From Bugula neritina (taxonomy: Eukaryota; Animalia; Bryozoa), in contig OZ037769.1 in the NCBI GenBank assembly GCA_964035545.1, forward strand, positions 14,910,633 to 14,974,632: a DNA stretch of 64,000 bases, written 5' to 3'. Below are positions 38,676 to 59,359 of the stretch, one piece after another. The first letter of the stretch is position 1. Each line of letters opens with the position of its first letter. A program made the translations under genes and the position numbers. Below the pieces are notes generated by a model that saw only the letters and a program-made list of their open reading frames with translations, was not told the origin of the DNA and did no database searches.

Positions 38676-41600
38676 ATGGGAAATATGAGAAGTTTGGAGA
38701 TTGCCAAAGATAAAGGTTACTCTTGGATTATAGTCTTGACATCTTCTCTGTCTCACTTTGCCAACGTGGGATTTAGTTTTGGAATAGCTGGTAACTTAAC
38801 GATAGTTCACCAAGAGTTCTTCAAAGTGGACTTACAGCAAGGGAGTTTAGTTGGATCTGTACACATAGGCGTACTATCTCTGTTTGGTAAGTTATAAAAC
38901 TTTGAATTTGCATGCGCTTTATGATGGAACTTGGAAATAATGTTTGAAAACTATACCTTGTAAAAAAATTGTTGCATTGTGTAGCTCTTTAAACAAGTCT
39001 TCTCCTCTCTCTGCTCTGTCCTGTTCAGGTAGTGGTAATGTGTAGTTCTATTAAATGACTTTCATTAATAATAAAATTTATTGTTTGATACCTATTTAAC
39101 AAAAGGTTATTTTATTTATAGTATACATTTTCTTCATTGTTTCAATGCTGAAAAATAATAGTTTTGCTTAAACTAAGATGCATAAAACTGGAATTAAAAC
39201 TAAATAGATACAATTTTATCAGCTACACTTCTTCTCGCTGTATTTGCAGGGCCACTAACAGCAGCAATTGTAAAAAAGTTTGGATGTCAAGTTGCAGAGC
39301 TTATCGGTGGTGTTCTTATTCTAGTTGGAGTTGGTTTGTGCGCTTTTTCTACAGCACTTTGGCATGCTGTTGTCTCCTACGGTGTCATAGCAGGTAACAA
39401 ACGTTGATATATTTCACTAGCAAAACAAAAAGTAACATGCTTATTATGTCTTAAGATGGCGGCTGGCTTTGGCTATGCATAGTCTATTGCAAAAATTAAA
39501 ATAAAAAATCTTATGCATATGCTATAAAAACAAATGATGAATTTAAAAAGAGCTTATTTTCAGGATTTCAATTGAATAACTACTTGGCAAGTCATTATTA
39601 GTGCTGAAACAGCGTAATCCTTTAGTTTTGATAAACTGTGTCTTATAGTTTTTCTTATTTATAACCTATAATGTTGTTTATAGCACTACTACATGTACAT
39701 GTAGCTAATCTTTCCTTCTATAACATTTCATATTTATATGCCGATACAATAACAATATTAGAGAAAAATATGTTTACAATAAAGAACAGCTAGCAATCAT
39801 TGTAAGCATTGCAATGAATATACCTGAGCTGAAGCTTACAGAAATTGGTACGCTTGGGAGCAGTACATCTATTTACAAACACAACTAAAGCTATAACATA
39901 AAAATATACACAATTATCAATTCAATGTACTGATATATATCTGCTTTAATTACAGTATATGTTATAGTCATATATGTGCATTAGTGTCAGTTGTATATGA
40001 TACATGCAGACAAATAAGGGCTTAATTGAAAATTGCTTAGATATAGTTCACACATCATAGCTTCAAAACTTGCATATTTTGAAGCAAAGTTTCTTAAAAG
40101 TCATTTAAAGCTTTGTTTCATAATCTTGCGAGAGTCACACATTAAATTAAATGCAGTTGTAAATTTTGATGAAGATAATGATAGCTCATACACATTGAAC
40201 TGGCACTACAACTTGATGAATTTAACTTTTTTGCCATACTGAATTGCAGACTAAGATGTGCTGAGAAGGTATAAAAGCTGCCGGTTTTATTATAATATAT
40301 ATTCGAAATATTTTATATTAGGAGTTTTTTGGTTGCCAGCTAGTATAAGGTCACATAGTTTAGTAGTAAAAGAGAAGTGGTTAAAACACATTATGTAAGT
40401 AGCAGAGCCAGTTGAAACTGTATATAATATGACACAATTCTAGCACATTATAAGTACGTGAAACTTCTAAGGCTATTATGCTTAACGTTCTCAACCATAA
40501 AGTGCTATTTAATCCGTAGGAATTATGATTCGTATAGGAACTTCACATGTTATCACCCAAGCTACTTATCATTATTAAGTAGTTGATAATGACACTTTAA
40601 CAATTTTAAAACTTACAGAAAGCAATTTAATTGTTTGCAGCTGATTTGTTTTGCGCATAATATTATATATTCGCCATTACTGGCCACAGAATGCACTAAA
40701 AGTAAACTTGATGGTAATAACTGTGACTGTACCTGATTTTACTTACCCTATTAGCTCTTACCTCTTCTTCTTTAGAAAGCACTAGAGTATATAGCAAGTG
40801 GTGCTCCTCAATAGGCTGCAGTCTTTGGTTAGCTCATACATGTCAATTAGTTGTCAAATGACTAGTGTGCACATCATTACGTATAAATGTAGATCATTTT
40901 ACTGTATAGAAAGTTTAGATTCAAGTTCTCGTAAGTTTTTGGTAAAAAGGTAAAAAGCTATTGTAATAAGTGGATTTCTTTGCATAGATTGTGGGGGGTA
41001 CACCGCGAGATGTTGCTCTGGTGACTGTCATGCTTTTAGAGCTTTGTTTCCTAAGTTCATCATATGTGCACATGAGCGATTCGTGATTTCCTCTTTGGAT
41101 AACAAGCGTATATGAGAAGAGTATGCCCCGTGTTCATTCTTCTAGTTGCTAGTGTTTCTAACCGTAGCTCTTCGCGTGCCGCAGTTACACTATCTCTTCC
41201 TTTAATTTTGAATATGAATCTAACAGCACCATTTTGAACCATTTCAATGTCGTGCTTTAAATATTCAGTGGAAGTGTCCCAGACAGATGCTGCGTATTCA
41301 ATATGGGGCCTACACAAACTAGTGTAAGCCAGTAGTCTTGCATCGGTAGGAGCATTATGCAGTGCATGCTTAATTAGACCAAGTTGCCTCTTAGCTTTCC
41401 CTATCTTAGTTCTAATGCGATTGGTAAACTTTAAGTTAGATTGGAGGATAACACCTAAGTATTTAGCATCACTAATTTTTTTAAGAGATGAACCATTCAG
41501 TATATAGTCGGCATTGAGTGAGGTGTTAACATGACCAAATGACAGAACCGAGCATTTCTCAACATTGAAGGACATTGACCATTTATCTGCCCATTGCTGC

Positions 41601-44600
41601 AAGGAAGAAATATTATGTTGGAGCTTGTTTTTGTCCATTGAATTGTTGACTATTTGGTAAATAAGGGTGTCGTCTGCAAATAAACTGATATGGCAATCTA
41701 GGTGCAGAGGTAGATCATTTATATATGCCAAAAAGAGAGTAGGCCCCAGAACTGAACCCTGTGGCACTCCAGAGGTTACACACAGTTCAGAAGATAGGGT
41801 CCCTTTGATTCTGACTTTCTGCTTACGGTCTAACAGGAAGTTGTGTATCCTTTGTACTATTTGTTTAGTTATTAATGGAATTTTAAAGAGTTTTCGCATT
41901 AGAAGTTCATGGGGTACTTTATCAAATGCTTTGGCGAAGTCCAGTACTACAGCATGGACATTGTTGCAGTTGTCCACCAGTTTGGATATTTGATAAGTGC
42001 TAATTGCTGTTTATTAATTTTTGGTTTTTTAAATTAAAGATATTATTGTCGAATAGAAGTTTGAACATTTTGCCAGCAAGAATTATCATGCAATTCTGCT
42101 TTAATCGGATTAACAAAAATTAACCAAAATAAAGATAAATATTTTAGCATCTTTGGTCAATTTAACAAACTAATGTTCAAATAGCTTATCTCCATTTGCT
42201 GGCTATATACAACAGGTGATAAAAATTTAAAAAGGCAATTTTTTAAAACCTATTGTGGTAGTTTTCTGCTCAGTATTGCAGACTTATATATGTATTTTGT
42301 ATGAGTATAATACCCTGTAGAGCTATATTACCCTAGACGACATTGTTGGTTTCAACAGAAGCCATAACAGTGGTGTGCTGTGCTTCAAGTTGAAACATGT
42401 GAGCTATCATCAGTGAACAATTTTGCATAAGCTATTGTTATAGATAGTTGTGCTTGCTTGCATATGAGTCAGTTTACTTCATTTAGTACACACCAGCAAC
42501 TTATGACCTAACATTAAAGTTTGCTCAAAATCAATTGAAATTTACTATACATGCTATTTTTATGTGCTGGTTTTAATTACGTATAACGGAAAAGGCTGGA
42601 AGGGGATTCCCCAACATTAAAGCACAGGTCATTGTCATATGCACTTAATATTCTATATGTGCGGACCGTTACGAAAAACCTTAACGGTCCGCAACCAAAA
42701 CTAGCTGAATAATTAGGGAAAAACATAGGAAATGAAGCAAAATTAAAATGAACTTTGATTCTTTAGGTGTATCTATTGGTGTTTTACTAGTTTTGGCCAA
42801 AAGACTATGTTCATTACCAGCTAAATTGTGAAAAATAGCCAAAAACTGAAGATATCCAGTGTGTACTAAATTAAGTAAAATGACCCATATATGATATAAA
42901 GTTTATATACATATAGCAGCTTCTGATTCAAAAATATAGTTGCCCCCCACTGGGAATCGAGCCCGAGACCTCTGGCATGCAAGCAAGTACGCTAACCGTT
43001 ACACCAAGGGCCCGACCACTGTTAAACACATCACTACACTGATTAACATGAAAGATTGAAGGTTATAGATTGTATTTCTTTGTTTCATGTGGTCATGTGG
43101 TCATCCACTTGCTTTGCATAACTCCATGTGCTCTTAGAGCAGTTTTTATGTACTTATAAGTGTTAACTTAACAATATTTATTGGGTTATATAGATACTAT
43201 AATTATATTTTGCAACTTGTTACAAAATTGGTGAGTTTGCAGTAAAATGAGTGCACTGTGCATCCACAAATTTACACCATTTATACTTGTAGACATACTT
43301 AGTATAGTAGAGTAACTCAGAGAGTTCTACGAGATTTTCTCAGTCTAAAATATAACCAGTTAGTTGAGTTGTTAATTAAACTGTTCAAGTTATAATAGCT
43401 ATCAGTATATACATAAAGTGTATGTATTCTGAGTCAGGTTTTACAAACTATAGATTGTTTCTAAACATATTAATGTATTGTTCCCACTTGACATAATTGG
43501 TTGATTTTGTATCGATAGCACCTGACAGATCTTTTTCTTAAAAAAGATCTCTATTATTTTTTAAAGAGGATGTTTGAAGACTTATCAAATAACTTGTTGA
43601 GTGAGTGCATATATGCTGTTTTGTAATTAAAGTGATTCTTTATAGTAGATTGTGAAATATACTATGCTAATGCCTTTAAAAATAATTGGGAAAATAAATA
43701 ACGAAAAATTGTATATTTGCAATATATGATACGCCATGATTCTAATAATAGTGTAGGTCATAAATTTTGAATTAACAAGCTTTTTCAATTTTGTAAAATA
43801 ATGATCGTTTTTGTAACTTGATTAAGTTAGGTACATTTTAATCTTTTTAAAGCATTTTTGCTGCTTTTTGTTTTAGGTGTTGGAGTTTCATTCAGCTACA
43901 CAGCAAGCTCACAAATACTTGCGGTATATTTCGACCGGTTGAAATATCTTGCGTTCTCTTTAGCTATATTTGGATTTTATATTGGTATAATGGCGTGGCC
44001 CATATTCTCTCAATTTCTCTTTGATAAGTTTGGATACTCCAAGGCTATGGGTATTATGACCAGCATCCATGTTCTTCATATCATAGCAGGAATATCTTTT
44101 TTTGAACCTAAAGAAGGTAAATAAATTCTAATCTTTATTTGTTTAATTATTGAGAATAAAATTGGAAAATTAAAATTTATAGCAATCAAAGAGTTGAAAC
44201 TTTTTTGCTTGTTTCAAATCAATCAACCAAAGCATACGGCAATGCCACGCTCATTAATACATACGCCTCAATTTATCTGTAATATGTTTATTTATTTTAT
44301 ATTTCAGTTAGGTGATCCAATAGCTTGTGGAAAAGATAGTTTACTTGTTAAGTTTTGGTCAGCCATTTTAAACTTAATTTTCATGGGCCACAATTTGAAT
44401 TTTGCATCAAGTTTATCAAAAGCACTTACTCACACCTTAAGTGTAGATGTTTATGATTTGATAAAGCTGTTGATTGATGTTTTACAGCACAGTTAAAAAG
44501 CATTAAGACTATTCAAAATTCTGAAGGTGAAAGTGATAAAAGTGATTTGGATATGAATAGCATGACTGTGAAAGATTCTGAGGTACAAGCAGACAATATA

Positions 44601-44715
44601 TATTTACATGTTGAACAGTTAAATGAATAGACAGTGGGGCTATAAGTTGTGTAGCTCAATATTATTATCTAAACATATGAGTATATATATGAATATATAT
44701 GAATATATATGTATA

Positions 44716-44801
<86 letters not shown>

Positions 44802-47800
44802 GTACTTGAATTTGTCAGTGATTGCTCTATATTATTGTTAGCCATGGGGTCTTAAGTTTGAAATACAGCCTAAATAAATTACATATAATATAATTAAGTT
44901 AGTTCTAATGAAAATTATAGATTTCTATGCATGTTATAGAATGTGTGTGTATATATGTGACCAGTCGCGACAAAACCGGGGATGTGGCGGCGTTTATAAA
45001 GTGTAGTAAATGAAGGTTTAATTTGGAAATACTTAAATTTGAAATTAATTTCCAGTTTTTAGGTTTTGAACTTTTCTAATACAAAGAAATCCAAGGATTT
45101 CAAAAATCATACTTTCGTAAGCATTTGATGATTCCTTCAGCTCTAAAATTGCATTTAAAGTTGGTAACTAAGGCATTCAATTTTTTAAATGATGAAAAAA
45201 TTGCGAAGTTATCAAGTAAAGAAAGAAGACAATTTTAGTTATTTTCATAGCATGAGATCTTGCAAATTTATTTTTTATCAAATGAATTTAGCTTACACCT
45301 CTTTCTTCGCATTGTCAGGAGCATCGTATTTAAAATCGAAGGCTAGTTTTAGTTTTTCATCGTGATCCATCTAAAGTTAGCTTTTAAGTTACTGAGCTGT
45401 TTTGCCCTTTGGTGATAAATGCAAAACTTAATCTTTATCTTTAGCGTTCAAGCTTGAAAATCACAACAATGCAGGTAATTATACTCAAAACCATCATTTA
45501 CGCTACTAACTTAGAATTGTTGCTAGGATTATTTGTAGTTATTTTCTTATTAATATTCATACTGATAATATCACTAGGAGTATGTCTATTCTATATTTAT
45601 ATTAGTAACTATTTAAATGACTCTCACTATGACTCACAGTTTGAGGTACGGTTACTCATAATGATAATCATAATGAATATCATTCATGATTTACTGATAC
45701 TGGTATTTGGCAGTAAAACCAAATGTAGCTCATTAATATTAATAGTATAACTTAAGTAATGATTAATAATTAAATTCACTATTTGAGTCTGACTCTGAGT
45801 TTCGCCTTACTTACTTGATTTACTTGAAGATGCAATCACGTTAGACCACTAGATTAGCGTAAGCACTTGATACTCATACTGATAGTATTATATTTATTGA
45901 TTTATTCTATAGTTGATATTTAAATTTACATTGGAATTACTCTTAGTAACTTTTAGCCTCTGTCTTAGATTTTGTCAATACAGTTACTGATTACTGTTAC
46001 GATTAACGGTTCCTTTTGTGATTTTTAAATTAGCTCAAAGTTTTATTTAAAATATAATGATAAAATATTTATCACATTATGCAGGCTTACAGTTACTGTC
46101 AAAGCTCAATTGATAACCCTATTTATATTGATAAAAGCATCACCTCTAACCAAATTGAAATGGTAAATGTGATTAAATGTAAATGAGTATAATGATGAAA
46201 TATTAATGCGAGTTCATGGTGATTCTATAGTTGACTGACTTAGTTCTTCAGTAAGTTACTTTTAGTCTTATTTAGTGAGTAGTAACACTAACTGAATGCA
46301 TAAATAGTCTAAACTTTTTAATTTTATTATAAAGGATGAGCAAAAATTTATTCATATTTTAAAGTAATTTATTGAATTCAAATTGATTTTATAGTAAATG
46401 TCTGTAATAGATTCAGTTGCACTTAGCTAGCTTTTTTACTCAATTAAATGCTTGAGTGGTTAATAGACATTGCTTCAAAATTGCCAATTGCAGATATGCT
46501 AGATATTCAAGTGCATAATGTGTAATTTTACTGATAATACTATGTTAATATAGAATAATCCGATATTCTGTACATTTTAGAAAGTGGACTTATGAGAGCA
46601 TTAGAGTGAAGACTTATACCTACACAACTCTACTACCTATCAATCTAACACTTCTAATGTAGACACTCTGAATTTTGACTTGCAAGGTTATGGCTTCTGC
46701 TTATTTCATTCATAAAAAGGTTTGCAGTCTTTTAATGATGTGCTTGAAAATTTTCAACAATTTTTTAAATTTAAATTGTTCTGTTTAATTCAATAAATTT
46801 AGATGTTGATAAAATGCAGGATGACAATTAACTGCTGCTATAGTAGTACCACAAGAGTGTTTAACCAACTAAATTTTTATAATATAACTGCATATAGTTT
46901 CTAATCAAGCTACCGTTTTCTTTTGTTATTTAAAAAAGTCAACATTGTACTTTCAGCTCTGGAATAGACAATAGATGGGTAGATTGGCAGGATGGATGTC
47001 AAGTAGCAGCATCTGTAATTGTTAGAAAATCAGCTAATGATAGTGATGAAGCTTTTGCCACACACATGATGTTATGTGTTCATACTCCGTAAACTCATAT
47101 TATGAAGACCAAGGAAGTAGAAAGATGAAAAGTGCCTTTTTTGCAAAAACCGTAGAAGCTACCTAATTTTCTTCTCTTGATTAGAGTTAATTCAAGCACA
47201 ATGGTTGTATCCAGGCTGGATTTTTTACTGCATTTAATTAATTAATTTTTTAAAATAATGTGTTTGATGTTTTAAATGTGAATATTAATGCCTAATAAAA
47301 CTCAAACGTTCTAATAGCTGATTTTATGTTTATATTTTCAACATCAATTGCTAAATTTAGTTGCCGTTAGACATTATAAAGATATTTATGAATGAATCTC
47401 GAATGATCTCATAATAGTCAAATAATTTTCTCATAAGTGTTCTACTCATTAAGCAATAACTATGAAACAGCACAGCTCAATAGCTGCAGTTTGATATATT
47501 ACACAATATATTAGAGGAGAGGAAGATATTCAATGTATAACAGGAAGCAGCTGCCATTTTGTTTTATATGACTTCCTGCTGACTTGGATGCCTAATTTAA
47601 ATATCTCAACACACAAACTTGCTGAAACATTCTCTTCTTTGCTGGAATTGTTAAACCTTTCATTAAATAAACAAAATAAAAAGCAAATTGACAAATGAAT
47701 TAGACAAAAAGTTTGGCGGCCATATTTGACCTAATTTTTAGTTGAGGCAGCATGAAATTTAGTTTAACAGAAAGCCCAAATTTTCACAATTATTTTGGTA

Positions 47801-50800
47801 CCAAATTTGTCACCATTCCTATTATACAAAGACCCGTTGCTAAGGCTTGTAAATTGTAAACAAATAATTCTCAACTTATTCTAGAGTTGCCAACTTTAAA
47901 TGCGATTTTCTCGAAACAGTAATTTAGAAATTCTAAAAACGTTAAGGTTTTTAAATATTAATATCTCGAGTTCTATTTATGCTAGAGACTTCAAATAAAG
48001 TGCAAAATGTTTGGAAAAGTCTGCTCTATCACTCCATAGTAATAACTAGGTTTTCAACATTTTATATACATCCCTTGTTTTGTGGTGCCAGGTCACATAT
48101 GAGGTCCTTCTTGTGTTTAATGCTGTTAAACTCTGTAGTATTTCCCTCACGCATGAATGAATAATTTGTTCATTAATTAAAATTTTGCTTTGCAACTTTT
48201 TATTTGCTTTCACTGTAGCTTGAATTATACTGCTTGTGTTCCATTAACAGCCGTTTCAATAATTAACAATCAGAGCTATACTCTGTGTATATATAACCGT
48301 ATTTGTACTGCGTGTTCCACCTTTAAACAAATGCCAACTTCACAGTAACAAAAAAAAGTAAATATATAGTCAGTCATAGAGGTAATCAATTTACAAAAAT
48401 ACGAAGCTTATAATATCATTCTGGAATGATATTATTGGTAACCAGCTGGTTACCAAAAATGTTTCATTGCTATATTATTGTACTATATTTGAAGAGAAAG
48501 CATCAAACCATGTTGAAATATGGAATGTTTTGCTTAAATAAAACTTTATTGCAAAATTTAGCCACACTCTGAATCATAATGAAAAAAATGCTATAGAAAA
48601 TATTATAGAAAAATTAAAGCATAATACTAAAATCTAGTAATTAAATACAATTGAGGTAAGAAAAGATGAGTACATACAATTGTTTGACGGGCACAAAACT
48701 TATAGTCAGTTTATGCTTTGCCGCATGTAATGTTGATTTTTTCAGCAAGACTTAGCAAACAATGACTACTTGGAACTATTTGAACGACAGGAAATATCTT
48801 CTGAAGCCTGTGATGAGTCGTCAGAAAGTATTAAAGCTGATTTTGCAACTTTGTTGAAATCATGGAAGGTAAATTTTAAAAGCATTTTGGTACTTTAAAG
48901 TATATTAGTGTAAAATAGACCATGATAAATATTTTGGCACAATAGTACTTATTTTAACTTAACAGTAATATTTATTGTTATTATAAATAAGTTGATTAGA
49001 AACAGACGGTTAACACAATATTATGTCCAAGCAACTTTTACAAAATAAAACCCCCTGAAGCACTTTTTTTTAAAATTGCTTACAGTTTATTTTACTACTA
49101 TATAGTTAGTATCTGCATGTGCAAAATGTACATCTTTTTTCTAAATCTAGCTAGCATTGTTATATAATAAGCATTACATAAAATTTGCTACTTTTAGCAA
49201 ACCCAACACATCATAAGATTGCGTTAAAGTTTGCTCTAATGTAGTTTTCAGATTGAAAATACCAAATTTTAGGTATGGCTGTCATTGATTAATGCCTTGT
49301 TCTGGACAGCTAATGCTTCTGGTTACCTAATCTTAGTGAATAGCTATATCCTTGATAGCACTGACTTAAATGAGAGTGAGGTAGATTTTGGAGAAACCGT
49401 AATAGGTAAGAAACTTATTCAATAATATAGCTAAATCTTATATGTAATAACTTTTTATTCAAATTCGGCATAATGCAAAACACAGATCTATAAGGAATGC
49501 ATTGTGATATTGAAAATTGTAGTTTAACAAAGCTTTGTCTCAAAGCTAAATAAAAACTACAATAACAGCTACAATAATTCACTGCATTACTCTTTTGACA
49601 GAATATCATTATTTCAATAATGCATTACTTAATTGTTAATAGCTTTAATTTTTGTGACTACTGCAGGAGTATTTAACATAGTTGGGTGTGTCTCAGTGGT
49701 TCTTACAAGTTCTCTCAAGTTTGACAGATTCTTCCTCTATTTCTGTTCCACTGCAGTTTTTGGAGTAGCTGCTATTGTGACAACCTTCGCTACTACCAAA
49801 GTATGAATATTAATATGTACATTTAAGTTTAAATCTGATTATAATATTCACTCTTGAAAACCTTGCTAACTTCCTTGGTTCAAATATGTAACCGAAAATT
49901 CAAATCAACTCTAAAAGCATGCTCTAGTCAAAGGTTTCACATACATTTCTGTCATATAATAAAAAAAAGTTTCAACTAAAAATTGTTCAGTAACAAATAT
50001 TCATATTTTATATTCAACTCAAGCCCAAAATATATTATTAAAATACAAATCTAAAAGCTCTTTATTACTGAGCAGTTAATATATAACTTGAAAAAATGAA
50101 AATAAACTAGTCAATTATAGCTCATGTCATTTAATATGCCAATTGATTATTTACATTCATTCAGGAGGCGTACTACGCTTTCGCAGCCTGTTGGGGTTTA
50201 GGACAGAGTGTTACTGTGACGTGTCTACTTGGCATAACCAGTGACCTGTGCACTGTTAGTCAATTTGCTATACTGTTTGGACTTGAGTTGCTAGCCGAGG
50301 GTATTGGAGAAATAGCCCTGGTACCTTTAGCTGGTAAGTATTTCATTACTTTATGTAAAATGTAGTTCAGTTTTGTAGCTAGAATTTTGGTAGTGCAGCA
50401 CTAACATTAAAAACAGTAATCTCAATGTTGCATATATATTTTTTAATTTTAGACAATGCCTGTAATGGCCTGCAAAGGTTTTTAAAAATCTTTTAACAAC
50501 ATACTAATTCAATTCAATTAAAATTCAGCATTATAGACATTAAGTGTTTGATATTTAGTAGCAACACTTGGTTATACTTTTTATGTAATAAATATTTCAT
50601 ACTATAAAGTTTGCAATCCTAGCTTTACATTTTAAAATAGGACCAATTAGAAACAAAGACCTGACAGTAAAATAATTGCCCTAATTTAAATCTAAAAGCT
50701 GACCCTGACTTACCATTTTACTAAAGACAGTATTATAAAGAAAAGTTTTCAATATAATCATATAACCTTTATATCTCATGAAATTTTAAACTGTACTACA

Positions 50801-50978
50801 ATAAATTAACAGTAATTATACTCTTATTCTTTTTGTAGCTTATATTGGAGAAACTACCAGTGAAAAATATGGAATTATATTTGTTGGTTGCTGTGGAGTT
50901 CTAGGAGCTCTTGCTGTGCTCCCAATAGCTGTATTCAATGCTTTAGATAAAAGAAAAGGTTATTCAAACCTTCTGTAA
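38676..50978 (+). CDS. SLC16/MCT-family MFS transporter, paralog E (complete, ~462 aa; TE-expanded introns 2 and 4)
   Basis: Exons 38676-38886, 39250-39393, 43877-44116, 44488-44582, 48746-48868, 49273-49405, 49667-49800, 50165-50333, 50839-50978. GT-AG introns, 1389 nt open. Confidence 0.85.
40760..41995 (-). mobile_element. 5'-truncated non-LTR retrotransposon (CR1/L2-group-like RT fragment), antisense in E intron 2
   Basis: ORF 41977-41060 has the RT motifs [39 protein letters not shown] and KYLGV. It degrades near the C-terminus, there is an (AAG)n-like tail at ~40761-40772, and no endonuclease domain is present. Confidence 0.9.
42466..42886. mobile_element. MITE with ~28-bp TIRs, ATAT TSD and a central hairpin (Sola-like ends)
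   Basis: ATAT|GAGTCAGTTTACTTCATTTAGTACACAC ... GTGTGTACTAAATTAAGTAAAATGACCC|ATAT. Internal perfect 12-bp stem TGCGGACCGTTA/TAACGGTCCGCA at 42660-42693. Confidence 0.7.
42941..43015 (-). pseudogene. tRNA-like sequence (Ala-TGC-like pseudogene or SINE head)
   Basis: Minus strand ...cccttggtgtaacggttagcgtacttgcttgcatgccagaggtctcgggctcgattcccagtggggggca. D- and T-arm-like motifs are present, but the anticodon arm is mispaired and the T-loop is mutated. Confidence 0.55.
44680..44799. repeat. (TA)n microsatellite
   Basis: Directly visible. Confidence 0.95.
44957..48096. mobile_element. 3.1-kb TIR DNA transposon remnant filling most of E intron 4
   Basis: ATAT|GTGACCAGTCGCGACAAAACCGGGGATGT ... 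ACATCCCTTGTTTTGTGGTGCCAGGTCAC|ATAT. A second inverted block, aaaattgcatttaaagttggtaact (~45145) and agttgccaactttaaatgcgatttt (~47885), indicates long imperfect TIRs. No intact transposase ORF. Confidence 0.7.
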
Positions 50979-51431
50979 AAACAGTTTACTATTGCCCTGT
51001 CTAATTTAGCATGATTCTTACGTAGGATTTTGTCTTTTCATGACTTTTTATAATATCTTGTTAATTATTTTCTACATTGTGCTCTTCTTTAGATATTTTT
51101 TGTATATATTGTTTTGCTTTGTTGACTTTGCAACTTTGCATATGCTACTATTGTACCAAAGCTCTCTCATTTTATGGCATTGCATGGACCAAAGAATGTC
51201 AAATTTTGCAATCAATATTTTGTCAAAAATTTTAAATACCAGCCTGCAACTATTCAGTATTCATGTAGTGTTATTATTAACTTCTGATTGTATATTATAA
51301 ACACATTCTAAAGAGGAAAAAAATGTCCAAATTAATCAGAATATAACAGCTAGACTGTTTAAAACTTGAAGCTCAATAATTGGATAAGGAAAAATAATCT
51401 ATTGTGAAACGTTAATAATTGGCTATAATAT

Positions 51432-51562
51432 GCACTCTTGGTCTAGGGGTTAAAAGATTTGTTTTATAGTAAACACAGGTCATAGGTTCGAGCCTCATTG
51501 AAAGTAATTGGTGCATCTAGTCATAATTTCCTTATGTGCCTCATTTAAATAAGTTCTTAGCC
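51432..51562 (+). mobile_element. tRNA-Thr-derived SINE, degenerate copy
   Basis: tggtctaggggttaaaag...tagtaaacacaggtcataggttcgagcc...tagtcataatttccttatgtgcctcatttaaataagttcttag. Confidence 0.65.
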
Positions 51563-52036
51563 TATCAATGCCGTATAGTTCTTGTTCTGAATAAAACTCA
51601 AAACAAATGATTTGTATAAACGCTACTCATATTTGATGAGTCAAAATTTATATGTTTTTAAAAGAATCATAACACTGTAAAGTAACTCCAAGCTACAAAA
51701 ATAGTATTGTCATTTACTATAATAATGCGATAACTTTTATGAAACAACATAGGTAGCTAACAAAACTCAAGTATGTACTTAGAAAAATATTATGACAGCT
51801 ATAGGTTTTATATAAAATATCAGCTATTCATAGCTGAGAATTTTTATCAGAACGCAAATCATAATAAATAAAATGAATCATAATATACTTTTTAAAGTGC
51901 TTTCCTGAGTTATGATTTAATCAAAGCATTGTTACAAGCTGGTGCATTGCGTTTAAATTACAGAGACTGGTTGGGAGCCGGGCATTTACAACAAAACCAT
52001 TCGGGTAGTTTGAACGTTGCTTATAACAAAACCAAT

Positions 52037-58509
<6,473 letters not shown>

Positions 58510-58910
58510 TTTGACTACAGCAGCAAATAGAATCACCATATTGTTGTAAGGATACAAACAACAATAGATGCATTGAGAGAAGATTTATTCATTTACTTAT
58601 GCTCTAGGTTTATAAAGGAGCTATATGTTATCAATAATATATTATTTTAGTGCTTACTCATACTATTTTTAGCATTTATTTACCAATTAATTGCTTCCGT
58701 TCTGTGAATTATGATAATTATATTTATGTTATTTTCTTCTTTAATAATCAATATGACTTAAATTTGAAAAAATGTTTTGAAAAGTTTAGACTATTGCATG
58801 GTTGTATGACATTATGAAAATTGCTTTCACATTGCTTCAAAGTTTTAAAATATTATATATTAGTTTCTCAATCTGAGCCAGTCGAATAGTTTGAACATTT
58901 GCAGAACTGC

Positions 58911-59359
58911 TGTAGTAAATTTGGGGTAGAACGCAGTTTAAGTGGGGAGCATAACTCCAGTATAGCGTAAGAACAAGATGTGGTAGTGATCTCGAGTGAA
59001 TAAATCTTTATTGGTAGAGTAGTAGCTTAACAAAGGTAGTCTTGATCCGGTGAGCTCTAGTAGGAGACTGATTCTACGCTGTGAGCTTGCCTTCTTTTAT
59101 ACACAAAAAGTTTCTTTGGTCTCATCCTGTCTGAAAGTCAGAGCCCGAATATCGGCATCTTCCAATAATCGGACTCTGACATCGGAACTCAGTCCGACAT
59201 CGGAGCCTTATAATCTGCAATTGTCGACTTTCGAACAGGATTGAGTTACATAATCGTGCTTATATAAAATATAAAAATAAAGTGCATGAACAGATAACTC
59301 CACTATAATAAAGGTGCATGAAAAGATAACTCTACTATAACATTCGTAGTTCCACCACA
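58911..59359 (-). mobile_element. Possible solo LTR
   Basis: A GC-richer island bounded by TGTAGT...ACCACA. The minus strand has TATAAAAG (~59095-59102) upstream of AATAAA (~59007-59012), plus internal short direct repeats. No clear TSD. Confidence 0.4.

Noticed and set aside
41667-41993. 108-aa plus-strand ORF
   Set aside because: It is the antisense shadow of the LINE RT ORF.
42941-43015. Functional tRNA-Ala gene
   Set aside because: The anticodon stem/loop and acceptor stem do not pair properly; kept only as a tRNA-like relic.
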